Positions 8,580 to 18,946 are shown, counted from the first letter of the stretch. The stretch is 40,002 nt of DNA from Pseudomonadota bacterium (GCA_039800365.1 JBDLQW010000152.1:1-40002), one strand, 5' to 3'. Numbers and translations are program-made. Notes: generated by a model from the sequence alone, not told the origin.

Positions 8580-11500
8580 AAGGGAAGGATCTCAATCGGG
8601 CCTTTTCGAGCTTGTCGAATCGATTGCAGCATCGCACGTGCCGACGATAGGACTGTGGCGTACGGAATTTTTCGCTCGAGCGCGGCTCGCCGCATCGATT
8701 TGCTGTCATGGATCGAGCGGTCGCCCGAGGCCGTATTGATGACGAGTTGGAACTTGCCCTCATGAATCGCCTCGACACAGTGAGGAGAGCCATCTTTGAC
8801 TTTATTGATCGAATTCACGGCGAGATCGTAGCCCTTGAGGAAACCTGCCGTTCCCGGGGTGGCCCAAAGCTCAAATCCCAGCGATTTGAGCTCCATCGCC
8901 AGAAGCAGCGCCGCCGCTTTGTCTTGATCGCGAATCGATAAAAACGCCGAACCTTGAAGCGGAAGGTGCACGCCCGCTCCGGACATGGCTTTCGAATAGG
9001 CGGCAGCAAAGCTGTGGGCTCGACCCATGACTTCGCCCGTAGATTTCATTTCAGGGCCTAAGAGCACGTCTACTGCCGGAAACTTATTGAAGGGGAAGAC
9101 GGGGGCTTTCACATGGTAGGTATCGAGATCGAGATCAAGGTCGCGGCGGATGCCGAGATCATGCAGTGATTTTCCCATCATGATTTGAATCGCCAAGGGC
9201 ACGAGCGCTTTGCCGATGGCTTTGCTGACGAAGGGTACGGTTCTCGAGGCTCGAGGATTGACTTCCAGCAGGTAGATGTCATCGCCCAGAATTGCGAATT
9301 GGCAATTGATCAGTCCGATGACCCGTAGCCGGCGAGCCAGTTCGCGAGTGTAGGTTCGAATGCGATCTGTGGTTTCGGGGCTGAGAGTTACCGAGGGCAG
9401 ACTGCAAGCGCTATCTCCGCTGTGAATTCCCGCCTCTTCGATGTGCTCCATCAGTCCGGCAATAAAACACTCTTTGCCGTCGCTGAGCGCGTCGACATCG
9501 ACTTCGGTCGCGCGATCTAAGAAACGATCAATGAGAAGTGGGTGCTGATCGGTCACGCGCATCGACTCTTCGATCGACTCCCGAAGCGAGGTCTCGCTAT
9601 GCACGATGCGCATGCCTCGTCCTCCAAGAACATAGGAAGGTCTCAGTAAGACGGGGTACCCGAGTCTTCCCGCTTCTTGAATGGCTTGCTCGGCCGTGCG
9701 CGCAGTGGTGGATGGAGGCTCTTTAAGCCCCAGAGGCTCAAGCTCTTTTACGATCCGGCTACATTTCTCACGGTCTTCGGCAAGGTCGATACTTGCGGTT
9801 GAAGTACCAATGACTCGCAGTCCGCCAGCTTCTAGAGCTTTAGCGATTTTGAGAGGGGTTTGCCCACCGAGCTGCACGATCACACCGAGGGGTTTTTCAA
9901 CTTCGGCAATTCGAAGCACGTGCTCGGGAGTGAGCGGCTCGAAAAAAAGTTTGTCAGAAGTGTCATAGTCGGTGCTGACGGTTTCTGGATTTGAATTCAC
10001 CATGAGGCTTTCGATCCCCATCGCGCGTAAGGCTTTGGCGGCGTGAACACAGCAATAATCGAATTCAATTCCCTGTCCGATGCGATTGGGGCCGCCACCC
10101 AGAATCATGACCTTTTTGGTATTGGCGCTGGGGCGGGCTTCGTCAATCGATCCTCGGTAGGTGCTGTACAAGTAGGGCGTGCGAGCTTCAAATTCAGCGG
10201 CGCAGGTGTCGACTTGATGAAAGACGGAGCGAACTCCCACGGCTTCGCGGGCCTGGCGCACGGCTTCTTCACTCACATTCGTTAGAAAGCCTGCGATTCC
10301 CCGATCGGTCCAGCCGCGACTTTTGATTTTTTCGAAAGTTGCAGCCGAAAACGGAAAGCGCTCTTCTCGCATCCAGGTTTCTGCTTCGAGATGCTTTCGA
10401 ATTCGACTTAAAAACCAGGGATCAATGCCGCTTCGGGCGGCGATCTCGTGATCGGTAGCGCCTGCTCGAATGACATCGGCCACAGCCCAAAGGCGTCGGG
10501 GGTGCGACTTCTCGATCCAGTCCCAGCGAAGCTCACCACCCAGCGGCTTGAGCCAGGGAGCATCGGTCTCCAGTCCAGCAATCGCCTTAGCCAAAGACTC
10601 CTCAAAAGTTCGGCCCAAGGCCATGACTTCGCCCACCGATTTCATTTGCGTGGTCAAGGTTTCGGGAGTCGGGCGGAACTTTTCGAAGTCAAAGCGCGGA
10701 ATTTTGGTCACGACGTAATCCAGCGACGGTTCGAAGCTCGCGGGTGTCGTTCCTGTGATTTCATTGGTCAGCTCATCGAGTCGGTACCCGATCGCTAGCT
10801 TTGCGGCGATCCTGGCAATAGGAAAGCCAGTTGCCTTCGAGGCCAGAGCGCTCGAGCGCGAGACTCGGGGGTTCATCTCGATCACGACCACACGTCCGTT
10901 AGTCGGATGAATGGCAAACTGAATATTTGACCCGCCCGTCTCGACCCCGATGGCGCGAATGATTCGGATGGCCTGATCTCGGAGATTTTGAAATTCACGA
11001 TCCGTCAGTGTCTGCGCCGGTGCAATGGTGATGCTATCGCCTGTGTGAACCCCCATGGGGTCGAGGTTTTCGATCGAACACACGATCACCACGTTGTCGG
11101 ACTGATCGCGAACGACCTCGAGCTCAAACTCCTTCCAGCCTAGAAGGCTTTCTTCAACGAGGCATTCACTTGTCGGAGACAAGAACAGCGCCCGTTCGAG
11201 TTGTCGTAAGAACTCTTCTTCGGTTCGAACAATTCCGCCGCCTTCGCCGCCGAGAGTGAATGAGGGTCGAAGAATCAGCGGCAAGCCGAGCTCTCGAGCG
11301 ATTTTCTTGCCGTCATCAAGCGATTTGGCCAAAGCGCTGCGCGCACTTTGCAGCCCGAGCGATTCCATGGTTTTCTTGAAAAGCTCGCGGTCTTCTGCCA
11401 GCCGGATAGCCTCGGGTTTCGCACCCAGCAATTCGATTCCGAGGCGTTTGAACACGCCACGACTTTCGAGCTCTAAAGCAAGGTTCAGCGCTGTCTGGCC

Positions 11501-11773
11501 GCCCATCGTGGGTAAGACGGCTTGGGGCCGCTCAAGTTCCAGGATGCGCTCGACGAATTCGGGAGTGAGTGGCTCGATGTAAACCCGGTCGGCAGTCTCG
11601 GGGTCGGTCATGATGGTTGCCGGATTTGAATTGATCAGGACCACTTCAAGGCCCTCTTCGCGAAGGGCCTTGACCGCTTGTGTACCCGAGTAGTCGAACT
11701 CGCACGCTTGTCCGATCACGATGGGTCCGCTTCCGATGATCAGCACTTTTGAGAGATCTTTTCTTAAGGGCAT
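8576..11773 (-). CDS. carB: Carbamoyl-phosphate synthase large subunit
   Basis: [19 protein letters not shown], two ATP-grasp halves and an MGS domain. AGGAGG lies 9 nt before ATG 11773, favouring it over 11779. Confidence 0.98.
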   Translation of the reverse strand: MPLRKDLSKVLIIGSGPIVIGQACEFDYSGTQAVKALREEGLEVVLINSNPATIMTDPETADRVYIEPLTPEFVERILELERPQAVLPTMGGQTALNLALELESRGVFKRLGIELLGAKPEAIRLAEDRELFKKTMESLGLQSARSALAKSLDDGKKIARELGLPLILRPSFTLGGEGGGIVRTEEEFLRQLERALFLSPTSECLVEESLLGWKEFELEVVRDQSDNVVIVCSIENLDPMGVHTGDSITIAPAQTLTDREFQNLRDQAIRIIRAIGVETGGSNIQFAIHPTNGRVVVIEMNPRVSRSSALASKATGFPIARIAAKLAIGYRLDELTNEITGTTPASFEPSLDYVVTKIPRFDFEKFRPTPETLTTQMKSVGEVMALGRTFEESLAKAIAGLETDAPWLKPLGGELRWDWIEKSHPRRLWAVADVIRAGATDHEIAARSGIDPWFLSRIRKHLEAETWMREERFPFSAATFEKIKSRGWTDRGIAGFLTNVSEEAVRQAREAVGVRSVFHQVDTCAAEFEARTPYLYSTYRGSIDEARPSANTKKVMILGGGPNRIGQGIEFDYCCVHAAKALRAMGIESLMVNSNPETVSTDYDTSDKLFFEPLTPEHVLRIAEVEKPLGVIVQLGGQTPLKIAKALEAGGLRVIGTSTASIDLAEDREKCSRIVKELEPLGLKEPPSTTARTAEQAIQEAGRLGYPVLLRPSYVLGGRGMRIVHSETSLRESIEESMRVTDQHPLLIDRFLDRATEVDVDALSDGKECFIAGLMEHIEEAGIHSGDSACSLPSVTLSPETTDRIRTYTRELARRLRVIGLINCQFAILGDDIYLLEVNPRASRTVPFVSKAIGKALVPLAIQIMMGKSLHDLGIRRDLDLDLDTYHVKAPVFPFNKFPAVDVLLGPEMKSTGEVMGRAHSFAAAYSKAMSGAGVHLPLQGSAFLSIRDQDKAAALLLAMELKSLGFELWATPGTAGFLKGYDLAVNSINKVKDGSPHCVEAIHEGKFQLVINTASGDRSIHDSKSMRRAALERKIPYATVLSSARAMLQSIRQARKGPIEILPL

Positions 11774-11778
11774 GGGCA

Positions 11779-12339
11779 TTATCCTCCTGAAGGACCTGAA
11801 GGGGGGGGCTGGCGTTCTTCAGGCTTTTTGAGAGAAATGGGGTCTTCGGGGTTCTGTTCGTTAAAGAGGTGAATGGCTCGATCGAGATGCTGTTCGTTTG
11901 CCGCCAGTCGAGAACGTCCAAAAGCAAAGCTACCTAGCGTCAGGGATAGGCCTCCCGCAATCATCAGATTCTTCGAGCCCGTCGAATCGGCAAAGCGTGG
12001 GCCCATCACGGCAATTAAGATTCCAGCCATTCCTGTAAAAGCGAGCGTCGAAAGGCTCCTGCGATTGGCTTGGTAGCGATCGAGCTCGTCACGAGCTGAA
12101 GGCACTTTTTCAAGAAGCATCCGAAGGCCTTCGCCGTCATTGGCGCGTGCGCTATCGCAGGGGTAGTCTTTTCCTTGGTAAACGAACGACCGGTCGCACT
12201 TGGGAATGTCTTGGGGAATGGATTTCGGCCCCCATTGGGGGAGTGGACTTGAAAGGGGAAGGGCAAGAGCCTGGTTCTGCAGAACCAGTCCGAGCATCGC
12301 GAAAGTGAAGATCGCGGAACCACGGTGGCGTCGGATCAT
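11779..12339 (-). CDS. Hypothetical exported/membrane protein
   Basis: Signal-peptide-like N-terminus from MIRRHRG and two hydrophobic helices. Start inferred from the divergent promoter; the ORF track start 12414 overlaps the neighbour. Confidence 0.6.
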   Translation of the reverse strand: MIRRHRGSAIFTFAMLGLVLQNQALALPLSSPLPQWGPKSIPQDIPKCDRSFVYQGKDYPCDSARANDGEGLRMLLEKVPSARDELDRYQANRRSLSTLAFTGMAGILIAVMGPRFADSTGSKNLMIAGGLSLTLGSFAFGRSRLAANEQHLDRAIHLFNEQNPEDPISLKKPEERQPPPSGPSGG

Positions 12340-12349
12340 TGCTGAGAAA

Positions 12350-12400
12350 CTTCTAGCGGGTCGTGAGGGGATTTGACAATCTCGAAGGCGCGGGTAGGTC
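12350..12400. promoter_or_regulatory. Overlapping divergent sigma70-like promoters sharing the -35 box
   Basis: Plus strand: TTGACA(12373)-16nt-TAGGTC-6nt-ATG. Minus strand: TTGTCA-18nt-TAGAAG-10nt-ATG. Confidence 0.45.
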
Positions 12401-12406
12401 GGAAAA

Positions 12407-13324
12407 ATGCTCAAAATGTTTTTAGAGGATGTCTATCGCTCCTACCATCGACCCGAGCATCTCATGAGCGATCCTCTCGAGTTCGTTCATCGGTTTGAAG
12501 ACCCTTGGGATCAAGAGGTCGTTGCTTTGGTCTCGGCCCAGCTGGCCTACGGCAATGTTCGGCAGATTCGAGCCTCGGTAGAAGCTTGGATTCAGACCGT
12601 TACCGCCGTTAGCGGCTCGCCAGCACGGTTTGTTCGACAAGGACTGCATCGCGCTGAGGCGCGCCGGGCGCTCGAGACCTTTCGTCATCGAATTCATACC
12701 GGAGCTGACTTGCTTTCCTTCATGGACTTGATTGGGCAGAGCTGGAGGCAGCATGGTTCGGTGGGCGCTCATTTTCTGCGCGGGCTGCACTCAGAGGATC
12801 AAAATTTCTCGGGTGCTCTCGATCGATTCTTGGCCGATTGGAAAAGCTGGGCAACGGTGCCTCGAGGTGGCGTGCTGCCTCGGTCGCTCGGGCATTTTTT
12901 GGCGGCCCCTTCTTCAGGAAGTTGCTGTAAGCGCTGGTGCATGGTCCTTCGATGGATGGGCCGAAAAGATGAGCTCGACCCGGGGCTTTGGCGGCGGGGA
13001 AGTGCCTTGATTCGCGAGCTTGGGCCCGCGAGCGCGCCGGAGCTGCGACCGAGCCAGCTGGTTTTGCCGCTCGATACCCATGTGGGCCAGATCAGCCAAT
13101 TTTTGGGACTTACCGAGAGAAAAACGCTCAACTGGCGGGCCGCTGTTGAAATCACACGGCGTTTGGGGGATTTCGATCCGACCGATCCCGTGAAGTATGA
13201 TTTTGCTTTGGCTCGGCTGGGAATCTTAGATCGGTGCCGAAAGCGGTTTGTTCCTGAGGTTTGTGCCTCTTGCGAATTGCGCGGGGGGTGTCGGCATGCT
13301 CTTCAGAAACGGCCTGAGTTTTAA
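12407..13324 (+). CDS. TIGR02757/DUF2400 family protein (HhH-GPD-like, C-terminal Cys cluster)
   Basis: DPLEFVHRF, LAYGNV, KRWCMVLRWM.RKD, PLDTHV, DPVKYDFAL and C-x6-CxxC-x5-C. Confidence 0.85.
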   Translation: MLKMFLEDVYRSYHRPEHLMSDPLEFVHRFEDPWDQEVVALVSAQLAYGNVRQIRASVEAWIQTVTAVSGSPARFVRQGLHRAEARRALETFRHRIHTGADLLSFMDLIGQSWRQHGSVGAHFLRGLHSEDQNFSGALDRFLADWKSWATVPRGGVLPRSLGHFLAAPSSGSCCKRWCMVLRWMGRKDELDPGLWRRGSALIRELGPASAPELRPSQLVLPLDTHVGQISQFLGLTERKTLNWRAAVEITRRLGDFDPTDPVKYDFALARLGILDRCRKRFVPEVCASCELRGGCRHALQKRPEF

Positions 13325-13351
13325 CAATTGTCATGAAGCGAGGAAAGCGAC

Positions 13352-14329
13352 GTGCAGGATCAACGACATGTGATGATTACGGGCGGAGCAGGGTTTATTG
13401 GCTCGCATCTTTGCGATGCTTTTTTGGCTCGAGGGTATGCCGTCACTGCGCTCGATAGCTTGGTCACTGGCAGGAAGTCGAACTTGCAGGAGGCGATGAC
13501 TCGCTACGATGGATCGCGCTTTCAGTTAGTGACCTGCGACGTGAGCGAGCCGCTGCCTGAGCAGGCGTTCACGCTCGTAGGGTTGTATGGCCTACATGGC
13601 GTGTTGCATTTCGCTTGTCCGGCAAGTCCGATTGATTTTGATCAGATTCCTGAAGTCATTCTGAAAGTCGATTCTCTGGGCACTTTTCAGACCGTGGATC
13701 TGGCCTTGAAGCATCGCGCGCGCTACTTGTTGGCGTCGACGTCGGAAGTCTACGGAGATCCTCTCGAGCATCCGCAACGAGAAAGTTATTGGGGCAACGT
13801 CAGCACCACAGGGCCGCGCGCTTGCTACGATGAGGTGAAGCGCTTTGCCGAGGCGATCGTTTCAACTCAGGTGCGCCTCAAAGGTTTGAATGGCGGTATC
13901 ATTCGCATTTTCAACACTTATGGTCCTCGGATGAGATTAGATGATGGGCGCGTGGTACCTGAACTGGCCCGTCAGGCGCTGCTGGGAAAGCCCTTGACCG
14001 TTCATGGCACGGGCTTGCAGACGCGAAGCTTTTGCTACGTTTCTGATCTCGTAGAGGGCATTCTGCGCTTATTCGAAAGCGGAATTCATGAGCCCGTCAA
14101 TTGCGGAAACCCTTCAGAGCGCACCGTTCTGGAATTCGCTCAAGAGCTTCAGAAGATCGTTGGCTCTGAACAGCCGATTCATCATCTGCCGGCGCGCCAG
14201 GATGATCCACGTCGGCGGTGCCCCGACATCACTCGGGCCAAAGAGCTCCTGGGCTGGTCTCCCCAAGTCGATTTGATCGAGGGTCTGAGACAGACCGTAG
14301 CGGCATTTCAGGCCGAGCTCGCACAATGA
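13352..14329 (+). CDS. UDP-glucuronate decarboxylase-like NAD-dependent epimerase/dehydratase
   Basis: TGGAGFIGSH, ACPASP, STSEVYGDP, CYDEVKR, RIFNTYGPRM and DDPRRRCPDI. Confidence 0.9.
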   Translation: MQDQRHVMITGGAGFIGSHLCDAFLARGYAVTALDSLVTGRKSNLQEAMTRYDGSRFQLVTCDVSEPLPEQAFTLVGLYGLHGVLHFACPASPIDFDQIPEVILKVDSLGTFQTVDLALKHRARYLLASTSEVYGDPLEHPQRESYWGNVSTTGPRACYDEVKRFAEAIVSTQVRLKGLNGGIIRIFNTYGPRMRLDDGRVVPELARQALLGKPLTVHGTGLQTRSFCYVSDLVEGILRLFESGIHEPVNCGNPSERTVLEFAQELQKIVGSEQPIHHLPARQDDPRRRCPDITRAKELLGWSPQVDLIEGLRQTVAAFQAELAQ

Positions 14330-15456
14330 TTTCGCCAGATCTCCAGCGCTACCGGGTAGCTTTGGTTCACGACTGGCTGACCGGAATGCGTGGCGGCGAG
14401 GCAGTGCTTGAAGCGATTGCAGAGCTTTTTCCTCAGGCGCCCATTTTCACGCTGATTCACTATCCCGAAAAGCTGTCTTCGGTTTTGAAGAGCCGCACCC
14501 TGATTTCAAGCTGGCTGCAGAAGCTTCCGGCTGTTGAGAAGCGCTACCGCCATTATTTGCCCTTGATGCCTTGGGCTGTGCGTTCTTTAGACTTAACGGG
14601 ATACGACCTGGTGATCAGCTCCTCTCATTGCGTTGCCAAAGGGGTTCGCAAGTCGCGGGGGGCGTTTCATCTCAGCTACGTTCATGCACCGATGCGGTAT
14701 ATCTGGGATCGTTACGAGGATTATTTTGGGCCCGGTCGCGCAGGGGTGATCACCCGGCTTGGTGCTCGGCTCTTGCGTCGAGCCTTACAGGCTTGGGATC
14801 GCGACTCGAGTCGAGAGGTCGACGCCTTTGTTTCGAATAGCCACTTCATCGCGGGTCAGGTGCGCCGAATTTATGGGCGTGAATCGGCGGTGGTGCACCC
14901 GTTTGCGGGCCTCGAGCGGTTTTTGTCGCGGCCTCGGAGGCCTGAAGCGCATTATTTGATGTTGGGAGCCTTTGCGCCCTATAAGCGCTTTGATTTGGCG
15001 ATTCAGGCTTTCAATGAGCTGGGTCTTCCGTTGAGAATTATTGGAAAGGGTCAAGACGAACACCGTCTTCGAGCGCTGGCCGGGCCTACGATTGAGTTTT
15101 TGGGAGCTTGCGATGACGAGCGAGTAGCAGACGAGTTCTCTCGCTGCCGAGCATTTGTTTTTCCCGGCGTCGAGGATTTTGGAATCACACCCCTGGAAGC
15201 GATGGCTGCGGGATCTCCTGTGATTGCGCTGGCCGAGGGCGGTGCTCTGGAAACGGTGACTGCGCAGACTGGAATTTTTTTTAGTGATCCCACCGTCAAA
15301 GCCTTGAGCGAAGCCGTGAGGAAGATGGAGGCGCGTGATCTGAGCGAAATGGAGACTGCTTGTCGCGCCCAAGCTCGGCAGTTCAGTCGCGAGCGGTTTC
15401 AGCGCGAGTTTGTCACCTGTTTAGAGTTGGCTTTGAAGACGAGGGGTCAAGCGTAA
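14326..15456 (+). CDS. Glycosyltransferase family 4
   Basis: HDWLTGMRGGE and EDFGITPLEAMAAG. ATGA overlap at 14326-14329 gives the likely start. Confidence 0.92.
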   Translation: MISPDLQRYRVALVHDWLTGMRGGEAVLEAIAELFPQAPIFTLIHYPEKLSSVLKSRTLISSWLQKLPAVEKRYRHYLPLMPWAVRSLDLTGYDLVISSSHCVAKGVRKSRGAFHLSYVHAPMRYIWDRYEDYFGPGRAGVITRLGARLLRRALQAWDRDSSREVDAFVSNSHFIAGQVRRIYGRESAVVHPFAGLERFLSRPRRPEAHYLMLGAFAPYKRFDLAIQAFNELGLPLRIIGKGQDEHRLRALAGPTIEFLGACDDERVADEFSRCRAFVFPGVEDFGITPLEAMAAGSPVIALAEGGALETVTAQTGIFFSDPTVKALSEAVRKMEARDLSEMETACRAQARQFSRERFQREFVTCLELALKTRGQA

Positions 15457-15511
15457 AAGAAGGCCACCCCTCGTCTTCAGCTTCATTAGGCTTGGTGCCA
15501 ATCTGGACGAT

Positions 15512-15868
15512 CTATCGAAGAGCGCTTAGGCCTTTTTGTGAGCCCTTTTGTGAAGCGGCTTGGCTCTTTGACTCGGCTTTGCTGCTGCCGTTTTGCGAGG
15601 CTTTTTCGGCTGCTTTCGAGTCGTTGCCAGAGCTTGCTTTTGACTCTCCCTTTTGCTCGCCTTTTTGGTCCCCTTTTTGTTCACCGTGGTGACTGCCCTT
15701 TTGTGAGCCCTGTTGAGTCGATTTTGACTCCTCTTTCTGGCTTACCTTCGAATCATCCTGCAAAAGGCTCTTCACGTCGCTGTCGCCTTTTGGGGTTGCG
15801 GCATGAGCCGCGGGAATCAAGAGGGTCAAGGCGGTGATGCTCAAAGCGGCACTAATGGTGCGTTTCAT
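15512..15868 (-). CDS. Secreted low-complexity protein with (S/E/D)QKG repeats
   Basis: Signal peptide ending AHA-A, GGAGAG RBS and tandem 12-nt repeats near 15645-15715. Confidence 0.75.
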   Translation of the reverse strand: MKRTISAALSITALTLLIPAAHAATPKGDSDVKSLLQDDSKVSQKEESKSTQQGSQKGSHHGEQKGDQKGEQKGESKASSGNDSKAAEKASQNGSSKAESKSQAASQKGSQKGLSALR

Positions 15869-15949
15869 GGTTGCTCTCTCCGTGTTTCGAGTGTCCGATT
15901 TTTAGCGGACGGGGTTTTCGTTCATGGCGGTTCGCCGATGAGTGGAGCG

Positions 15950-15965
15950 AGCAACGAAAGTGCCA
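15950..15965 (-). promoter_or_regulatory. Sigma54 (-24/-12) promoter
   Basis: TGGCAC-TTTCG-TTGCT is a consensus match, about 80 nt upstream of the 15868 start. Confidence 0.8.
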
Positions 15966-16044
15966 ATTCAAGCCCGCGGCTCTGCATCAATACTAAAAGT
16001 GCTGCGAGATCGAGCAAGATTGGGCAGGAGCGCCGGGGGGCGCT

Positions 16045-16989
16045 TTAAGCAAGCTGGGTCATTTTCAAGAGGGCGTGCTGGCGCTCGAGCAGCTCTGTCG
16101 CAGTCAATCGCATCAAACGATGCATACTGAAGTCCTCGACCGTGAAACTTGCCATGACACAGCCTGCGAGCACCGCGCGCCGAAGCAGGTTCTCCCATTG
16201 CGAAGGGTTTTGAACGGCGAGTTCGCGGCTCGCTTGCGCTTCGGCGAGAAAGCCCATGAAGGCGCCTGCAAAGCTGTCGCCCGCACCGGTCGGATCGATC
16301 ACTTGATCCACCAAGAAGGCGGGGGCCATAAATGTCGCTTGTTTCGTGAACAGCATCGCGCCGTATTCGCCGCGCTTGATGATGACCACCGAGGGCCCCA
16401 TGGCGTGGATTTTCTTTGCGGCTCGAGCCAAATGGCGCTCACCAGAAAGCAGGTAGGCTTCACCATCGTTGATGGAAAGGATGTCCACTCGCGACAGCGT
16501 TTTTCGAACCTCATCGGGCTTTCCGGTGATCCAAAAATTCATGCTGTCGCAAGCCACTAAGCGGGGCGATTTCACTTGGTCTAAGACGCTTTGCTGAAGG
16601 ACCGGGTCGATGTTGGCTAGAAAGACGTAGGGCGTGTCGACATGCTGGTCGGAGAGCTTAGGATTGAAGTGCTCAAAAACGTTCAACGACGTATTCAGCG
16701 TCTTCGCTTCATTCATGTTGCCATCGTAGGAGCCGACCCAGTGAAAGGTCTTTCCGTGGGCGATCTGCACACCGGAAACATCGATTTTCTTTTCCGAAAG
16801 CCATCCGAGATGGCTCTTGGGGAAGTCTTCGCCCACCACGCCCACGATTCGGATGGGAGCAAAAAAAGAAGCGGCCACCGAGAAGTAATTGACCGAACCT
16901 CCGAGCACCGCTTCGGCTTTTCCAGCCGGAGTCTGAACGGTGTCAAATGCCATGGATCCCACTGCTAAAATCGAGTTATTCGACGACAT
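16045..16989 (-). CDS. PfkB family carbohydrate/nucleoside kinase
   Basis: GG..Y, VGVVGEDF, IKRGEYG and DPTGAGDSFAGAF. Confidence 0.92.
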   Translation of the reverse strand: MSSNNSILAVGSMAFDTVQTPAGKAEAVLGGSVNYFSVAASFFAPIRIVGVVGEDFPKSHLGWLSEKKIDVSGVQIAHGKTFHWVGSYDGNMNEAKTLNTSLNVFEHFNPKLSDQHVDTPYVFLANIDPVLQQSVLDQVKSPRLVACDSMNFWITGKPDEVRKTLSRVDILSINDGEAYLLSGERHLARAAKKIHAMGPSVVIIKRGEYGAMLFTKQATFMAPAFLVDQVIDPTGAGDSFAGAFMGFLAEAQASRELAVQNPSQWENLLRRAVLAGCVMASFTVEDFSMHRLMRLTATELLERQHALLKMTQLA

Positions 16990-16998
16990 ATGCCGCGC

Positions 16999-17028
16999 AC
17001 CCTACGCCGAGCGGGGCGTTCGCGTCAA
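16999..17028 (-). promoter_or_regulatory. Sigma70-like promoter of pfkB gene
   Basis: TTGACG-18nt-TAGGGT-9nt-ATG, with no SD. Confidence 0.55.
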
Positions 17029-17037
17029 ACGCCAGGC

Positions 17038-17652
17038 TTAGAAAATCCACTCTTGAGGATGCCGTCGAGCAGGATTCAAATCTTTACCAAGCTTGGGATG
17101 GGCCTTCGACCTTTCAGGAACGCTCAACGCCGGAGGGATCTGAAGTTTTTGAAACTTCTCCAAGGCCTTCCATCCCTGGCCTAAGGGCTGAGCTTCGGCC
17201 CCTGTGGCGGATGAGAATCCGCGGGCGCGGAGGGGTTTTCGGGTTTGAGCAAAAAGAAGGAAGACGGGGGGATCTAAGGGGTTTTCGGCAGATTCTGAAA
17301 AGACCCAGAGCGCTCGTGCTGGCTCATCCCACCATGCTGAATGAGGCGTGAAGCTTCGAGGAGCGCGCGAGAGCCACGGGGTTTTCTCTTGGGCTTGCTC
17401 GATCGCCTCCAGTCCTCGCTCTTTTGCTGCCGTTCGCCAGAGCGCAAGGCTTGGAGGATTGCTACTCAGCCAGTCTTCAATGGCCTCGTCTTTCAGGGCC
17501 TCACTTGAAACGAGTCCTAAGGTGATGGCCGTGACCAGAAAGAGGGTGCCGTATAGTCGGCGCCTGAATTCAGGACGTGACGATAGTGCCGGTAGTGCGC
17601 TTGAGAGAGCCATCCGAAGGCGACCAAAAAGCTCAAAGCGATTCCAGTCCAT
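17038..17652 (-). CDS. Hypothetical membrane-anchored protein
   Basis: 204-aa ORF with RRR followed by a hydrophobic helix. Start uncertain (17652 or 17613). Confidence 0.55.
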   Translation of the reverse strand: MDWNRFELFGRLRMALSSALPALSSRPEFRRRLYGTLFLVTAITLGLVSSEALKDEAIEDWLSSNPPSLALWRTAAKERGLEAIEQAQEKTPWLSRAPRSFTPHSAWWDEPARALWVFSESAENPLDPPVFLLFAQTRKPLRARGFSSATGAEAQPLGQGWKALEKFQKLQIPPALSVPERSKAHPKLGKDLNPARRHPQEWIF

Positions 17653-17756
17653 ATCAGTACCTCAATCAAGGCTTGCCCCTGAGAGCGCGGCAGGGGTTTC
17701 TGCTCTCCAGCTTGCAGTCCATTCTGAAGTAGGGGTTTTTCTATTTCGGTAAACAT
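17517..17756 (-). CDS. Putative TadE/Flp-type minor prepilin (overlapping gene)
   Basis: SQGQALIEVLIWTGIALSFLVAFGWL fits G|QxxxE plus a hydrophobic helix. ATG at 17756 inside ORF 17517..17966. Confidence 0.55.
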   Translation of the reverse strand: MFTEIEKPLLQNGLQAGEQKPLPRSQGQALIEVLIWTGIALSFLVAFGWLSQAHYRHYRHVLNSGADYTAPSFWSRPSP

Positions 17757-18282
17757 AGCTCTCCGAGATTCGGTTTTGATGAGTGAGGCGAATTCTCCAG
17801 TGCGGAGGATCGGGCCAATGAATATCGAGGGGGTTTTCGCCCAGCGGGTCTGGAGGGGCCCTGTGGGCTTTTGCCTCGGGAAGGGGCGATCGCCGCCAGG
17901 AATCGGTCTGGCATTGAGAGGCGGTCCACCACTCGAGCTGCCTTTTTTTCCACTGTCCTCGTTCAAGGTCTTGGCTTTTGGCCAGGATGGAAATCGTCGT
18001 TCGTAGCGATTCTGCCAGAGCTGGATTGGCCGAGGCTTCGGCGGCTGCGACCCCCAAGCGAAGGGCTCGGATTTTTCGGTTCTTCTCTTCGAGAGAATTC
18101 AAGTGGTTTCGGAACGTGACGGCGCTCGAGCCCGTACAGTGATCGAGTCGAAGTTGAATGGCGACTTGATGGGTCCAGCGTTGTGAGATCACAAAAAATC
18201 CGATGGCAGCCATCACTGCTAGCCCCAGGGCCAGAGCGAGGGGCAAAATCAGTAATCCTGAAGGCTGAGGTCTCAAGCTCAT
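17662..18282 (-). CDS. TadG-like pseudopilin-associated protein
   Basis: ATGA-coupled start at 18282. PSG followed by a long hydrophobic helix, then a coiled region; sits in the pilin cluster. Confidence 0.6.
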   Translation of the reverse strand: MSLRPQPSGLLILPLALALGLAVMAAIGFFVISQRWTHQVAIQLRLDHCTGSSAVTFRNHLNSLEEKNRKIRALRLGVAAAEASANPALAESLRTTISILAKSQDLERGQWKKRQLEWWTASQCQTDSWRRSPLPEAKAHRAPPDPLGENPLDIHWPDPPHWRIRLTHQNRISESYVYRNRKTPTSEWTASWRAETPAALSGASLD

Positions 18283-18581
18283 GGCCACTCCGGGATACGT
18301 TCGAGTTTTCGGAAGCCGACGCGTTCGAGCTGTCCGCCACACCACTGCGCACTCACGACCAGTTCTGGCGTTTCTTGAATCGTGGCGGAGCTCGCTGCTT
18401 GAAGCATCGGCGAGTGGCTTGAGAGCGCCTGTCGTGAGGATTCAAAAACCGCACGGGTGCACTCGGCTTTTTTCCACGTCACTTTTAAAATCCAGCCAGC
18501 ACCGGTCAAAATGATCAGGAGAGCCACGCTCGAGATGGCGATCTCCAGGGTGACCTGGCCTTGAGCGAGGTGGGATTTCAT
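18279..18581 (-). CDS. TadE-like minor pilin
   Basis: AQGQVTLEIAISSVALLIIL prepilin motif; ATGA-coupled. Confidence 0.75.
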   Translation of the reverse strand: MKSHLAQGQVTLEIAISSVALLIILTGAGWILKVTWKKAECTRAVFESSRQALSSHSPMLQAASSATIQETPELVVSAQWCGGQLERVGFRKLERIPEWP

Positions 18582-18814
18582 TCGGCTTCGCTTTCAGAGT
18601 CGCCGGGGCTCTCTGGGCGTCGCCGCTCAGTGCTTCGGTTCTCAGATCGGGCGCTGGGGCTGACTTTGTCGATATGGTTTCGGATCAAAGAAAGCTTGTT
18701 CTGGATCGTGTTGCCTAGCGAGCGGACGGCAGCGATGGAGACGAGTGAGATGAGAACGAGCAGGATCAGGTACTCGGTTAGTCCTTGTCCAGCTTGAGAA
18801 GAGCGTTTCAGCAT
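18578..18814 (-). CDS. flp: Flp family type IVb/c pilin
   Basis: GQGLTEYLILLVLISLVSI...LG is the Flp motif; AAAGGA RBS. Confidence 0.88.
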   Translation of the reverse strand: MLKRSSQAGQGLTEYLILLVLISLVSIAAVRSLGNTIQNKLSLIRNHIDKVSPSARSENRSTERRRPESPGDSESEAE

Positions 18815-18888
18815 TCGGATTCCTTTTCGTGGTGAGAGGGCTAACGGGTTTCGAAGCCTTCTGAGAGGGCTTCAGCGAGGGGCCTTTT

Positions 18889-18904
18889 TGCGGGAAACGT
18901 GCCG
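18889..18904 (-). promoter_or_regulatory. Putative sigma54 promoter of flp operon
   Basis: CGGCAC-GTTTC-CCGCA keeps the GG-N10-GC spacing, about 75 nt upstream of flp. Confidence 0.5.
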
Positions 18905-18946
18905 AGATCCCGGATCAGTTTCCGGTGTTTTGATGAAAGCGCGCCG

